A DNA stretch of 63,769 bases, filler included, from Octopus bimaculoides (GCF_001194135.2; 4 parts of 4 records of this genome joined end to end with filler, not necessarily neighbours in it), one strand, 5' to 3'. Positions 27,064 to 41,308 are shown, counted from the whole stretch's first letter. Translations and numbers: made by a program. The notes: a model not told the origin generated them from the letters alone.

Positions 27064-28622
27064 CGTACATATATAAGTGTGTATGCGTTCATTTTGTGTG
27101 TGAAAGTGTGTTTTCAGACTAAACCGAAAATATATAACGAGAGATGCATACGTTGAGACAGCTGTGACCGGAAGCTAACATATGTCTAGATATTGTTTTA
27201 TGGGTTGTCCCTGTAGGGGTGGCCATACGACCGATCTGGCTTTGGCAGGAATTGAACTTCGGACGTAGAAGAAAGAGACTTACATCTATAGTAGAAAGGC
27301 TGCTGTTTGAGGTTTCACCGATTATCACTTGGAATAATGCTGGTGGTGGTGATGGTGGTGGTGATGGTCATGGTGGTGGTGTTGCTGCTGCTGGTGGTGG
27401 TAGTGGTAGTGGCTGCAGTGGTGATGGAGTAGTAATGGTGATAGCGGTGAACTAAATGATGTCGGCGGTGATGCAGACGCTTATGGTGATGGTGGCTGTG
27501 GTGTTTTTAGTGGTGGTGATGGTGGTTTTTTGAAACATTCACTGTGATGACGTTGTCAAGTGCGAGGTGGGAGGTTAAATAAATTAAAGACTAATTTGTA
27601 ATTCATTAGAAAACAGAGAATGAAGCCACCATTGTTGACCAGCATGGAGGGAGAAAAAGAGAAGTTTATGGAACAGGAAGGTGGCGTGCGAATGGACGTA
27701 GGTGGCGTGGTGTTGTTGAAACGTTGCTGTTTGTTAGAGGGTGATAAAGCGATTTATGGATGGAGTCAGAGGTTGTGAGAGTCTTGCCGAAGGTGAACAA
27801 TAAAACACGATCTCTACTGGACCATATGGTCCAGGCCATGCTATACTGCATGCTGGCTCTACAGTCGATAGATGCCACATGGGTACTCACGCACTTATAT
27901 ACACACACTACCCTTTCACACACACACATACATGTATATATACAAATAGATATATACAGACATATTCAGATATATATATATATATATATATATANNNNNN
28001 NNNNNNNNNNNNNNNNNNNNNNNNNNNNNNNNNNNNNNNNNNNNNNNNNNNNNNNNNNNNNNNNNNNNNNNNNNNNNNNNNNNNNNNNNNNNNNNNNNNN
28101 NNNNNNNNNNNNNNNNNNNNNNNNNNNNNNNNNNNNNNNNNNNNNNNNNNNNNNNNNNNNNNNNNNNNNNNNNNNNNNNNNNNNNNNNNNNNNNNNNNNN
28201 NNNNNNNNNNNNNNNNNNNNNNNNNNNNNNNNNNNNNNNNNNNNNNNNNNNNNNNNNNNNNNNNNNNNNNNNNNNNNNNNNNNNNNNNNNNNNNNNNNNN
28301 NNNNNNNNNNNNNNNNNNNNNNNNNNNNNNNNNNNNNNNNNNNNNNNNNNNNNNNNNNNNNNNNNNNNNTACATACACATATATATACATATATAATGTA
28401 TATATGTATGTATATGTATGTATATATTTATGATTGCATGCTACGCATTTAGCTATTATAAATGGCTACATGCACACATGCACATATATACACATACATA
28501 AACACACACATATACATATACATGCATACGCTGACATGCCACCCACCATACTCGCACAGAAGCTGAGACAAACATACGGGCGTTCTGCTTATGTGTCCAT
28601 GCATACATATTATTATATAGAA

Positions 28623-28723
<101 letters not shown>

Positions 28724-29472
28724 TGCACACAGCCATACATGCCCAGATGTCGGCATGCAATCTTCTCTGTATATAAGCACACGAACATGAATATACATAC
28801 ACACACACATATATATATATATATGCCTACAAATGCATAAACAATACGCACACACACACACACACAGACTCACACACACACACATACTCACACACACACA
28901 GACTCACACACACACACTGATATATTATATACCCAAACACACATAGGTATAGATGTATGGTGTGCACTTAGGCCTTGTTCTGTATAAACACACAAGCAGA
29001 AACACAAATTAATATACACGCATGTACACGTACATATATATACATAAACAGATGCTTACGAGCCACCCGCTATACCCGCACAGAAAATGACAAACATACG
29101 GGTATTGATAGGGATATATATACCCATGCATACATATCATTAAACCAGTGCACAAACATATATATATATATATACATACATGCATGCATACACACACTCA
29201 CATACGCAGAGGCGGTGTAGCGAATGAATAGAAACTTATATATACATGTTCAGGGCCATACACACGCACAAGCTCCTCCCTGCTATATACGCAGAAAGAT
29301 GAAGGAAAAGTCATTATACACATGAAGACGTGAGGACATACAAACACAATATACACACTTAAAAAGCCTGTATACAAACATATGTATACACTCATTCACG
29401 CACATATGGTTACATTCTATAAGAAATCCTTTGACATCATACATACCTATGTTTGATTTTTGGCTATATGCA

Positions 29473-29606
29473 TGTATGTATATATATATGTATGTATATA
29501 TATATGTATATATATATATATGTATGTATATATATATGTATGTATATATATATGTATGTATATATATATGTATGTATATATATATGTATGTATATATATA
29601 TGTATG
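29473..29606. repeat. 16-bp higher-order tandem repeat (TGTATGTATATATATA)n
   Basis: About 8 regularly spaced units built from TGTA and TA microsatellite pieces. Confidence 0.85.
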
Positions 29607-30516
29607 TGCGAGTCCGTATGTGTACATGTATATGGGCAAAAGTAAATAGATATCTACATACATACATGCATATATATACGCACATACATACATACATACC
29701 TACATACATACATACATACATACATACATACACACAAAAACACATTGTTTTTTATGTTGCAATTCCACTGAAGGAGTCTTTGATCCAGGTTAAAAACCGG
29801 CTCTTTCTGTATTGGCAAGTAATCTTGAAATAAAACTGAACAATGACACATACACGCACACGCACACACACGCACACACTGAATTAGCCCTGCTTTCATG
29901 CCTCCCATATAAGGTTATCATTTCAGAAGAATGTCCGAAATAAAATAATCCAAAACGAAGCGGAGTGAAAGGTGTGATGGCAGAACACAGAAGGTAGCAA
30001 TTGTACTGGGCCAGACCCACGCAGTCGCCGAATAGTAAACAAGAGATTGGAAAAGACCACTCGGAAGTCCTACACAATGATAGGAATATGGTTTAAGGAA
30101 ACGATTTACATCAAGATAGGAAAGAGGGGTAATATCAAGAAAAAATCAGAAGCGCATTGCGACCACGAGTCTGGTAAATACAATTGATGCAGTTTTAACA
30201 TCTTTCATCTTTTACAAACGAACTTTTTCTAGGCCAAAGCAAAATATCCTTATTCTTAGTGAATAAGACACCGCTGTAAATCTGACTGGCAGAGATTAAC
30301 GGGATTAAGTAATCTGATTAACTTTAATAAATCTGGCAGCCATGTTAACTGTGAAGATAAAATTCTTGATATTTTTCTTTTTATCACATTTTCATTTTTT
30401 CTTGTCTTTTTTCCATTCTAACTTTTTTATAAATCATACACTTTCAATAGATTTTGAGTCATTATTTCAATGACGATAGAAGCAACAACAGCAATCATAT
30501 TTTTTTCAGCTGTGAT

Positions 30517-30519
<3 letters not shown>

Positions 30520-30592
<73 letters not shown>

Positions 30593-30594
30593 TG

Positions 30595-30637
<43 letters not shown>

Positions 30638-30725
30638 TGATGATGATAATAATAATAATAATAATCCTTTCTACTGGAGGCACGAGGCTTCAAATTTGTG
30701 GGGTGGGGTCTAGTCGATTATATCT
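30520..30725 (-). mobile_element. SINE family A 3' end with long (ATT)n tail
   Basis: CCTTTCTACTGGAGGCACGAGGCTTCAAATTTGTGGGGTGGGGTCTAGTCGATT is the reverse complement of the family A 3' end. It abuts about 145 bp of (AAT)n. Confidence 0.65.
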
Positions 30726-31075
30726 GTTGATGAAATTCTTCCTGTACCTCCATCGTTGAGAAAAAAAATGTGGAGAGTTTGCATCTGTTTGTAAAACGTT
30801 ATTTGGTTTCAATGAAGAAAACTAGCAAGAGAAGTTACTATACAGCGCGAGTTACTCAAACAACATGTAGAATTTGTGCTACATGTGTTCGGGAATCAAA
30901 AAACAATTCTCCTCGCTCTTGTATTACTTTTGGTACAGCACTCACATATAAGTATGTAAGCATTTATGTAGGAACGTATGAAGATGTATAAACGTAAAAA
31001 TACAAACACACATACACGCGTATATATATATGACAGTATTCCTACATGGAAATCTGTCTATCTATCAATCAATCA

Positions 31076-31123
<48 letters not shown>

Positions 31124-31124
31124 G

Positions 31125-31172
<48 letters not shown>

Positions 31173-31486
31173 CATATAATATACATATATATATATATAT
31201 ATGTATGTATTTATGTTTGTATATATATATCTATGAGTACAAAATATATACATATATATATTGGTATATATTCATATGTACATATGTCTGTATGTGTTTG
31301 CTGTCGCTTGTCAATTCCAATGACGGCTCCATACTCAGTGTTTCTAACCATGTCTACACTATACAAATATGAACGTCACTATATTTCCAGTGAACGGACT
31401 GAAGCAATGAAATAACTTAGACCTGACAAAAGACGTCATTGGCAATTAAATTTCCGTCCCTTCCTCTCTCTTCAATATTATATATC

Positions 31487-31518
<32 letters not shown>

Positions 31519-31552
31519 CGGGAGTGTGCGTATGAATGTGTCCATGTGTGTA

Positions 31553-31596
<44 letters not shown>

Positions 31597-31690
31597 CATC
31601 TACATTACTTTCAATATTTTATACTTTTATGTATTTGATATATTACATACTGTTTTCTATAAATTTATATATACGTATATATGCATTTAA

Positions 31691-31723
<33 letters not shown>

Positions 31724-31823
31724 NNNNNNNNNNNNNNNNNNNNNNNNNNNNNNNNNNNNNNNNNNNNTTAATTAATTAANNNNNNNNNNNNNNNNNNNNN
31801 NNNNNNNNNNNNNNNNNNNNNNN
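31724..31823. other. Assembly spacer 44N-TTAATTAATTAA-44N
   Basis: Exactly 100 bp with a six-frame-stop linker at 31768-31779. The same layout recurs at 51522-51621 and 62092-62191. Confidence 0.95.
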
Positions 31824-31833
31824 ATATATATAT

Positions 31834-31864
<31 letters not shown>

Positions 31865-31865
31865 C

Positions 31866-31925
31866 CACGGGATTCTTTCAGTTTCCGTCTGCTAAATCCA
31901 CTCGCAAGGCTTCTTCTACTATAGC
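31866..31925 (-). mobile_element. SINE family B fragment
   Basis: CGGGATTCTTTCAGTTTCCGTCTGCTAAATCCACTCGCAAGGCTT is the reverse complement of the family B body. Confidence 0.65.
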
Positions 31926-33054
31926 CCGTCGCTACAAGTTAGTAGGGGTTCGCTTCCCTGCTCGCAATTTTATCGGATGCAGCTGTCTATCGTTAATCAG
32001 CTAGACGAGATGTCATCTGAGGGTTAAAAGGTAGAAGTAGAGACCGCTGGAACGGATACCCATGTTAAAGTGGTCACGAATATTACTCGTCAGTATAACT
32101 ACTGCGTTGATCTCTTAGAGAGATTTTAAAACTAGCAAGGCAGAAAGTTAATGGATCTGCATTATTTAATGTCGAAATCATAAAAACATTTATAATCAAA
32201 GAAATGCTGAAATGTTTAAAAGACAAAAGAACGAAAGGGTAGTTTTCGCAAGAAGCAGCGATGCACTAAATTTGCAGAGTGTCATTGTTTATTTCCTGAA
32301 AAAGTTAAAGAGAATACTAATCGTTAAAATAGAGTTGGGTACTTTTGGATAAAGCTCCAGTGTAACAGAGATCTCGAGACAAGGACATTCGCTTCTTACT
32401 TGATTTTCAATATTATCGTAACATAAACAGACAATCTGCAGATATCTTCAGGTAAAAAAACAAGGAAACAAAAAAAGATTTCAAAGGATAAAATGGTAAA
32501 TTGAAACTAAGAACCAAGACTCGTTTCATCGTCAATCACAATTATTTACTCGTTTATTCCTTTACTTTGCAATATCTAGCTAAAATGCATTTGGTTTCTC
32601 TTAAACCTATAATGAACATAATAAATACGTTATCTTACAATACTGTCATCTCATAGAAATGCACCATTGAGTCATTACAACCATAGTCCCTCTCTCTCTC
32701 TCTCCCTTTCTCTTACCCTATATATATATATATCTATCTATATATATATATATANNNNNNNNNNNNNNNNNNNNNNNNNNNNNNNNNNNNNNNNNNNNNN
32801 NNNNNNNNNNNNNNNNNNNNNNNNNNNNNNNNNNNNNNNNNNNNNNNNNNNNNNNNNNNNNNNNNNNNNNNNNNNNNNNNNNNNNNNNNNNNNNNNNNNN
32901 NNNNNNNNNNNNNNNNNNNNNNNNNNNNNNNNNNNNNNNNNNNNNNNNNNNNNNNNNNNNNNNNNNNNNNNNNNNNNNNNNNNNNNNNNNNNCTATTTAT
33001 CTGTGCGAGTGTGCGTGAGTTTGTGTATGTATGTGTGTGTGTATGTGTGTGTGT

Positions 33055-33093
<39 letters not shown>

Positions 33094-33787
33094 TGTGTTT
33101 CTCTATGTTTGTGAGTCTGTATACTTGTGTGTACTCACAAGGAATATGATAGTGAAAGTTAGAAAGAGAGAGAAGGGTGTGAGAAAGAAACTAAGTAATA
33201 TATCTTCGTTAGCATTTCATNNNNNNNNNNTATATATATATGAAAACAGATTGAAGTGAAGATTTTAGAAATAATGTAATTACAATGGAGTGAAGAACGA
33301 GATAAGGTAATTTTGATAAAAAGAAAGAGCGGAAAAAACGAGAATGTTAGATATGCAAGAAGTCATATTTCGCAATAGTGATGGTGGCTGCGGGCGGAAA
33401 GTATCTTCTGACAAAAGATTTGAAATATATGTTCCAATGAGGATAATACGCAGATAATTTAACAAAGAAATTGGTTAAAGATGCAAAGAAATTCAATAAG
33501 GATGCAACAGTGAAATCTTCCCTCGTGAAAACTCGACGAGATATTAGTGAAATATGTATAAAACCATATTTTTTCCAACAGAATTAAGAAAGAGATTTGA
33601 TTTCTACGTTTTTAATCCCTTGTATTAGATCTAGTTCCACTGGGTTTTGCCAAATTCTATCGTTTTATTTATTTATTTTGTTTTTCATGTATTTAGTTTT
33701 CATTTTTTTTCTTTTGTACACATAAATATACATGAATACATACATTACTGTACGCTTTTTCTGAGGCAATGTCTCTCGTTCACTCAC

Positions 33788-33849
<62 letters not shown>

Positions 33850-34519
33850 GAGTCATCTATTTCTCTATGTATGTACGTATGTATGTGCGTATGTATGTAT
33901 GTATGTATGTATGTATGTATGTATGTATGTATCTATCTATCTATCTATCTATCTATCNNNNNNNNNNNNNNNNNNNNNNNNNNNNNNNNNNNNNNNNNNN
34001 NNNNNNNNNNNNNNNNNNNNNNNNNNNNNNNNNNNNNNNNNNNNNNNNNNNNNNNNNNNNNNNNNNNNNNNNNNNNNNNNNNNNNNNNNNNNNNNNNNNN
34101 NNNNNNNNNNNNNNNNNNNNNNNNNNNNNNNNNNNNNNNNNNNNNNNNNNNNNNNNNNNNNNNNNNNNNNNNNNNNNNNNNNNNNNNNNNNNNNNNNNNN
34201 NNNNNNNNNNNNNNNNNNNNNNNNNNNNNNNNNNNNNNNNNNNNNNNNNNNNNNNNNNNNNNNNNNNNNNNNNNNNNNNNNNNNNNNNNNNNNNNNNNNN
34301 NNNNNNNNNNNNNNNNNNNNNNNNNNNNNNNNNNNNNNNNNNNNNNNNNNNNNNNNNNNNNNNNNNNNNNNNNNNNNNNNNNNNNNNNNNNNNNNNNNNN
34401 NNNNNNNNNNNNNNNNNNNNNNNNNNNNNNNNNNNNNNNNNNNNNNNNNNNNNNNNNNNNNNNNNNNNNNNNNNNNNNNNNNNNNNNNNNNNNNNNNNNN
34501 NNNNNNNNNNNNNNNNNNN

Positions 34520-34567
<48 letters not shown>

Positions 34568-37500
34568 GTCTGTATGTATGTATATATATCGCCTGGGACG
34601 AAAAAATGAAATTTTTATACTTCTGAGAAAGACAACATTAATATTTCTTGGGCAAGTTTTATATGACTAATGTAATTTGACGCACACTCACATGCTTGAG
34701 GGGTGGGGGTATGTGAGAGTGTGTGAGTGAGTGTTTGTGTGTGCGTGTGTTTATCTGGAACGAAAACCATTTTACTAATTAATTTTAACTTCAAAAATTT
34801 TAATGAAAATTACTACGATGACTCAAACTTTTTCACCTGAGGAATGAAATTCAGTTGCAACATTGAGAATCAAAATATGCTACTTAGATAATGAAATAAA
34901 ATAGTCTTTCAAATGTGCTCCAATTATTTTCATTAAAGAAATCAAAGTAAATTGAAAATATGGGCTGACACTTGGTCAATAGTGCTAGAAATTAATAAAT
35001 CATTGAATGACATTAGGCAGGAAAATCTAGCTTTCCGGGTAATTTTACAGTATTAATTTCTGTTGTGTATTTAAAATTTTTGTTTCATGTCCAATGTTGA
35101 TGAAATTATATCCTGGTTTCTTTGAAGGTGTCTAAAGTTCAACGCATATTGTCAATGTGCTTCTTGGTTTTGGGACAGAGTGGATATTTCGTGTGACATA
35201 TCCTTATTACTCTTCTATGAACATGTCTCCTGATTCAGAGCTGTATCCAATAGACCTGTACTTGTAAATTATCCAGAAACTTGTTTACGTGTCTATAGAT
35301 AGTATAGATCCATGGAACAGCGAAGTATCACAGTTTCAGCACTAATAATGCAAACTACGTGCAAAAGATGACTACACATCTTATGTGTATAAGTGCAATA
35401 CAGTATTAACTGTTTCGTTGAATTGGTGACTAAAAGCACACTGTATAAATTCTTAGGATAATACATATTTTTATATGACAAAGCTTCCTTTGCATAGAAA
35501 ATTAAATGAAAGATCGACTACTCGAATTGGAAATCAATTTTATATCACTTTTTAAACCACTGCTACTAATATCAAGCAACACATCCACAGACAACACTTT
35601 TCATGATTCACACAATCATATGGGAACAGAGAAACATAGCACTTAATTTCTAAAAGCAGATTAATCCCTACATTTGCTAATTCAAACTTGATTCACTTAT
35701 TTCGTATGTGACTTGGAATTCGCGAAACGAAAGTCAAAGTTCGTTTGTTTTGTCACTTGAAGAATGGAATATTATTCAGTCAAATTACAACTTTCCTCAT
35801 TTGCGCCACCATCGTATTAATCATCAGTTTACTTCCAATAAAAATGTCTTTGCCTCTCCAGCGATATCACTGGCTTAACACAAGATATTAGCTTGTACTA
35901 CGATCTTCGGGAGTGAAAACATTTCACTGTCTCTATTTCAGTGAATATTATACCAATCTTACTGTACAATGCAAAAGAGAAACCATGAATATTGGCATCA
36001 CGTGCCACTATGCTCAATGAAGTTTATAATTCCATGCAACTACTTCCATGGAAGTACTCATCAAACACATGCTAAAATATCGAATATGTATGGCACCGTT
36101 GTTTCCCGGGTGGTTACTTTTGAAATATATAAATTACATATGCTTTTTGAGTCAATGGAATAGCAGAGATGATACAAAATTATAAAATGGACGATTAGCC
36201 ATCTAGAATTCAACATATTGCTGCTGAACATAATGTGCAATACAGAGCACTAGTTAGCCTACTGAAAATACATAAGCATTAAATTTCCCGGTAAGGTATC
36301 TGATAGGAATGCCTCTCAATGAGGTCTGCTTGAATGGCCTTTCTTTGTAATTCGGTACACATTTCGGAATTTAAAAAAATTCACTACATGAACAAATTCT
36401 TCCATTTAATGCATCTAACCATGAATGCCTTATATGTGTATTTACGTACACTTGTTTTGAGGCATCGATGAATCTCGTAGATGAGATGATGATTTAGTTC
36501 TTTATTCAGGTCAAACATGGGGTCAGCTTGAAAGCAATTTCTTGAATAATGTTCATGTGTCTAAAGTGAATAAGAGTTGATTTACTTATGTAGACATAAC
36601 TGAACATCGAATGTAGATAGAACAAAATTAAATTCTGTTCAACATTTTCGGCTCAGAGCCTGGACAGGACGTTCCTTACAATCTCATAAAGACGCATACA
36701 CACACAAACAGAAACAAACTTATTTAAATATCTTGACACATACGTGAGTTTGATTGTGCATATGTATGATCCCTCACACGCATACACACACATATAAATA
36801 CGCATACATACATATGTATATATGCATGCATGTACATATTTGTGTGAGTAGGCATGTGTTTGTGTGTGTGCAAGTGTGTCTATATGTGGAACATTGTTAC
36901 CACATACAGATTTATGCATGCGTCAACGACTATTGAACTCCCTTATATTTGAAACAAACGCTCAGTCGACCGCTCACCGATAATGTCAACACAAAAGCTA
37001 CGTCAGAAACATGTTGGATACATGCGACGCTAAACCATTTCTGATGAAACATTCCACGATGATACGAACATCTAAGCGATATTCATTAAATCCCTCTGTG
37101 ACGAAATGCCATCTTCACACATTGCTGTTAATTGATTTCTTTACTCGGCTTCCGGCAATTTTAGCATTGAAATATTTAGACAGCTGTTTTATTCATGAGT
37201 TGTGCAATATAAATTGATAGAATCTCATTTGATTTGGTTTACGTATTATTTCTTTCGGTCTTACTAAAGCGATGCCATACATTGAACACATAATCACACA
37301 TACGCATGAAAACGAAGACAAGAGAGCTACGATATATAGACATACACATAAAGGCGTACACACATACGAGCGCGCGCTCAAACACACATAAACACAACGC
37401 ACGCACACACACTTACAGAGATAGATACAAACATCCCTCAACATCCCCCCACACACACACAACAAGCAAAGCTTACCTGAATTTACAGTCCATCATACAG

Positions 37501-37707
37501 AAGCATACGTTCATCTCCACAAATCTTCTGCATGGGATATACATTTGTAAGCTAGCAACTTCAAACGTGCGCGCAAAGGCACAACGACATACTTCGATTT
37601 GCGTATAGGTATGGATGCCTTTAAACATGATATATACACACACACACACACACACATACATACATACATACATACATACATACATGCATGCATACACACC
37701 CATATCA

Positions 37708-37746
<39 letters not shown>

Positions 37747-37841
37747 AACAGAGACACAGACAGAAAGAGAGAGAGAAAGGGAGGTATACCCATTTATAAA
37801 TATAGATATGGTTATTTCTATACACACACGCACACACACAC

Positions 37842-37897
<56 letters not shown>

Positions 37898-37912
37898 ATA
37901 TTTATAAATATG

Positions 37913-37946
<34 letters not shown>

Positions 37947-38093
37947 CACATACACATATACATATACATATATATGTGTGTGTATACATGCGCGTGTGTG
38001 CGTGTGTGTCCAAGTATGTTCCCATATATGTTTATCCGCATGTATATACATACACACATGCATATATTATATATGTATAAATAAACACAGACA

Positions 38094-38143
<50 letters not shown>

Positions 38144-38379
38144 CATACATATATATATATATTTATGTATGTATGCATGTATGCATGTATTTGTGTAGTA
38201 ATGTGTGTGTGTGTCTAAGCGTGCAACTTTATTTATTGTCTCCATCTACCTAGGCAGGCAAACGAAACTTCCGGTCAATAAAATTGTCTTGGCTCTCCAC
38301 TCTGTTTACTAAAGAATTCCTCCACTTTTATTGTTTCATGGTTTACATTTTTATCATTCTAGCTCTTGTTGTTGTATTC

Positions 38380-38380
38380 T

Positions 38381-38416
<36 letters not shown>

Positions 38417-38548
38417 ATTGGTGATGTTGTTGTTCAGGTGTAATTTATCCTAGTTCTTCTCATCTACTCGTCTACATACTGAAGATATCGCCATAATATT
38501 GGTTTACTCGCTGTTGTTCTTCTTTTCTACGTCGTTATCGATTTGTTT

Positions 38549-38607
<59 letters not shown>

Positions 38608-38843
38608 TCTCTTCTACTTTATTTTCTCCTTCTCCTTTTCCTCTTCGTCCTTCTCCTTTTCTTTTTCTTGTACTTCTTTTCTTTCTTCATGTCTACCTTC
38701 TTCAGTTTCTCTCTCACCCCTCCGTTTTCTGATCTACTCATGGACGTTCTCTGTATCTCCCATATGAACATTACCCAAGTCATTGTCATCATAATCATCG
38801 TCGTTTTCTTCATTATCGTCATAGTCGTCGTCGCCGTCATCAC

Positions 38844-38891
<48 letters not shown>

Positions 38892-38988
38892 ATGATCATC
38901 AAGTCATCTTCATCATCGTCATCGTCGTAGTCGTCGAAAATAACCATCAAACATGACTCGTTACAAGAAGCAGCCCTGTTACTACTAT

Positions 38989-39065
<77 letters not shown>

Positions 39066-39246
39066 ATTCTACTACTACTACCGTTGCTGTTGCCAGTGCT
39101 GCTTCTTCTGTTGCTGCTAATAATAAAAAAAATAATTGTAACAATAATAATAATAATAATAATAATAATACTAATAACAACAGCGACAATACTAGTAATG
39201 ATAATAGAAAAGGCAAAACATAATGCTGCTGGTGATGATGGTGGTT

Positions 39247-39287
<41 letters not shown>

Positions 39288-39306
39288 CATATCAATAATG
39301 ACGATG

Positions 39307-39383
<77 letters not shown>

Positions 39384-39500
39384 AAGAAGAAGAAGAAGAA
39401 GAAGAAGAAGAAGAAGAAGAAGAAGAAGAAGAAGAAGAAGAAGAAGAAGAAGAAGAAGAAGAAGAAGAAGAAGAAGAAGAAGAATTGTAATAATAATAAT
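38380..39500. repeat. Compound trinucleotide repeat field: (GTT)n, (ATT)n, (ATC)n, (TAC)n, (TAG)n, (AAT)n, (AAG)n
   Basis: Successive pure triplet tracts, e.g. (AAG)n at about 39383-39483 directly after (AAT)n. Confidence 0.95.
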
Positions 39501-40036
39501 CGTTGTCATCATCACCATGCCATCGTCATCGATCGGCTTGTCTTCATTTCAGTAACGTATGTTGTTTCTATAGTTCAGTGTTCCGGAAATTGTTTATAAA
39601 GAAAGCAAGCTAAGTCGTGTTTGCTTGTACAATAGTACACTTCAATAGTGTTGTTGTTTTGTGTCGCTTCCTGTACCGGTGTATCACTTGACAAGATTGG
39701 CACCGACTCTGGTTGCTTGATTAAAACATGTTAAAGCCAACACTGACCACTCACAAACACACCACCCACACACACAGACCCTAATCGCCCCTCACACACT
39801 CACACATACACAGATACACGCACACGAACATTCTGAACGATATACAAACTATAGAATGTAATATCATAGAGACCAACACCGCAATAACGACACTACATAC
39901 ACTCGCCATTTTCTTTTCTAAGATAAACTGTTGCTGCGACTTTTGATATCTAGAATGTATAACAACCCTCATCTCACATGCGCAAAGCCAGCCCCCACCC
40001 GCCACAAACTTATGTATATATACATGAATGCATGTA

Positions 40037-40301
40037 CAGTTATCCCTCGCTATATCATGTTTCATATATCGCGATTCACCTATCGTAATTCGCCTATCAC
40101 GATTCACCTATCGCGGTTTATTAATTCAGCTTACGTCGATTCCTCCGTGGTGTTGTTTTGCATTTATAATAGAATAAATATATACAAATTATAAAAATAA
40201 TAATAAAAAATATACAGTACAGTATTGTTTCTACTTCTCGGATTTTCACATTTCGCGGAGGATTTTGGAACGTAACGCTCGCGGTAGTCGAGGGATTACT
40301 G
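40037..40301 (+). mobile_element. Tigger/pogo-like MITE, copy 1
   Basis: TIRs CAGTTATCCCTCG and CGAGGGATTACTG, flanked by TA on both sides (40035-36, 40302-03). Internal 14-bp repeats of type GCGATTCACCTATC. Confidence 0.85.
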
Positions 40302-40344
40302 TATGTTTTTTTTCGTTTTATATCTTTGTTTATTAATATTTTAT

Positions 40345-40910
40345 ATTTTACTCTCACTCATTAGACTGCAGCCATGCTGGGGCACCACCTTAAATTTGTA
40401 GTCAAATGAATCGACTCCAGTATTAATTTTTTAAGCCTGGTACTTATTCTATCGGTCTCCTTGGCCGAACTACTAAGTTACAGGAACGTAAACACACCAA
40501 CACCGGCTGTCAAGCAGTAATGGGGGGACAAACAAAGAGACAAAGACACGCACACACACATATATACAGTAATCTCTTGACTATCGTGGGTGTTTCGTTC
40601 CGCCCCACCCGGCGAAATTTGAAAATTCGCAACGTAGAATCAGTACTGTATTGTATATATTTTTTACTATTTTTATAATTTGTATATATTTATTGTATTA
40701 TAAATGCAAAACAATACCACAGAGGAATCGGTGTAAGCTTAAATAATAAACCGCGATAGGTGAATCGCAATAGGTGAACCGCGAAATGGCGAGGGATTAC
40801 TCTACATACATATATATATACGACGTGCAAGGTGTCACACAGTGAGACTAAACCCGAAACCACGCGGTAGCAAAGCAAACTCCTTAACCACACAAACCAT
40901 GCCTGCGGAT
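40345..40910 (-). mobile_element. SINE family B interrupted by MITE copy 2
   Basis: The SINE 3' half lies at about 40345-40560 (GACTGCAGCCATGCTGGGGCACC…) and the 5' head at about 40805-40910 (…CTTAACCACACAAACCATGCCTGCG). The MITE sits in the internal CA/TA tract. Confidence 0.75.
40567..40802 (-). mobile_element. Tigger/pogo-like MITE, copy 2 (inverted relative to copy 1)
   Basis: Ends CAGTAATCTCTTGAC and GAGGGATTACTC, flanked by TA. Its reverse complement aligns end-to-end with 40037-40301 and has fewer internal 14-bp repeats. Confidence 0.85.
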
Positions 40911-41308
40911 AATTCTGTCACTCTGGCCTCAACAAGGAAATGGATGCCGATACTCGCTTAGTTATTAAAAACCACTGGTTGAAACTCTTTCTATTCCTAG
41001 AAAGTCTTCTAGAATTTTCATGAACATTGCAGTTTTCACCCAACCACAGAAAATTCACAAACCGTTAACAGAATCCAACAGAAGATGATTTCAGAAGTAT
41101 TGGGAGGTTTAAAAGCATTGGGAGGTTTAAAACATGATGCCGCTCCACCTCATACCGTTGCGCAACACCTGAAACTCTCACTATTTTATCCGAGAGACTC
41201 TACGCGGATACCCAGTCGAATAAAAAATAAAATCACTTTTACTTTAGAAAATTACTATTTTTAAATCTCACCACGTGAGATATTCAGCAACAGTACTTTT
41301 TAGTAAAT

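Noticed and set aside
32369-32451. Possible exon RSRDKDIRFLLDFQYYRNINRQSADIF with AG|GTAAAA
   Set aside because: The acceptor lacks a pyrimidine tract and the peptide is unrecognised. Chance level in 64 kb.
38700-38930. Asp-rich acidic reading on the minus strand (DDYDDNEENDD…)
   Set aside because: It derives from (ATC/GTC)n repeats, and the Asp frames are broken by a frameshift and a stop.
41133-41170. HDAAPPHT resembling the Tc1/mariner second-Asp motif, beside an 18-bp tandem duplication (41099-41132)
   Set aside because: No flanking transposase similarity in any frame.
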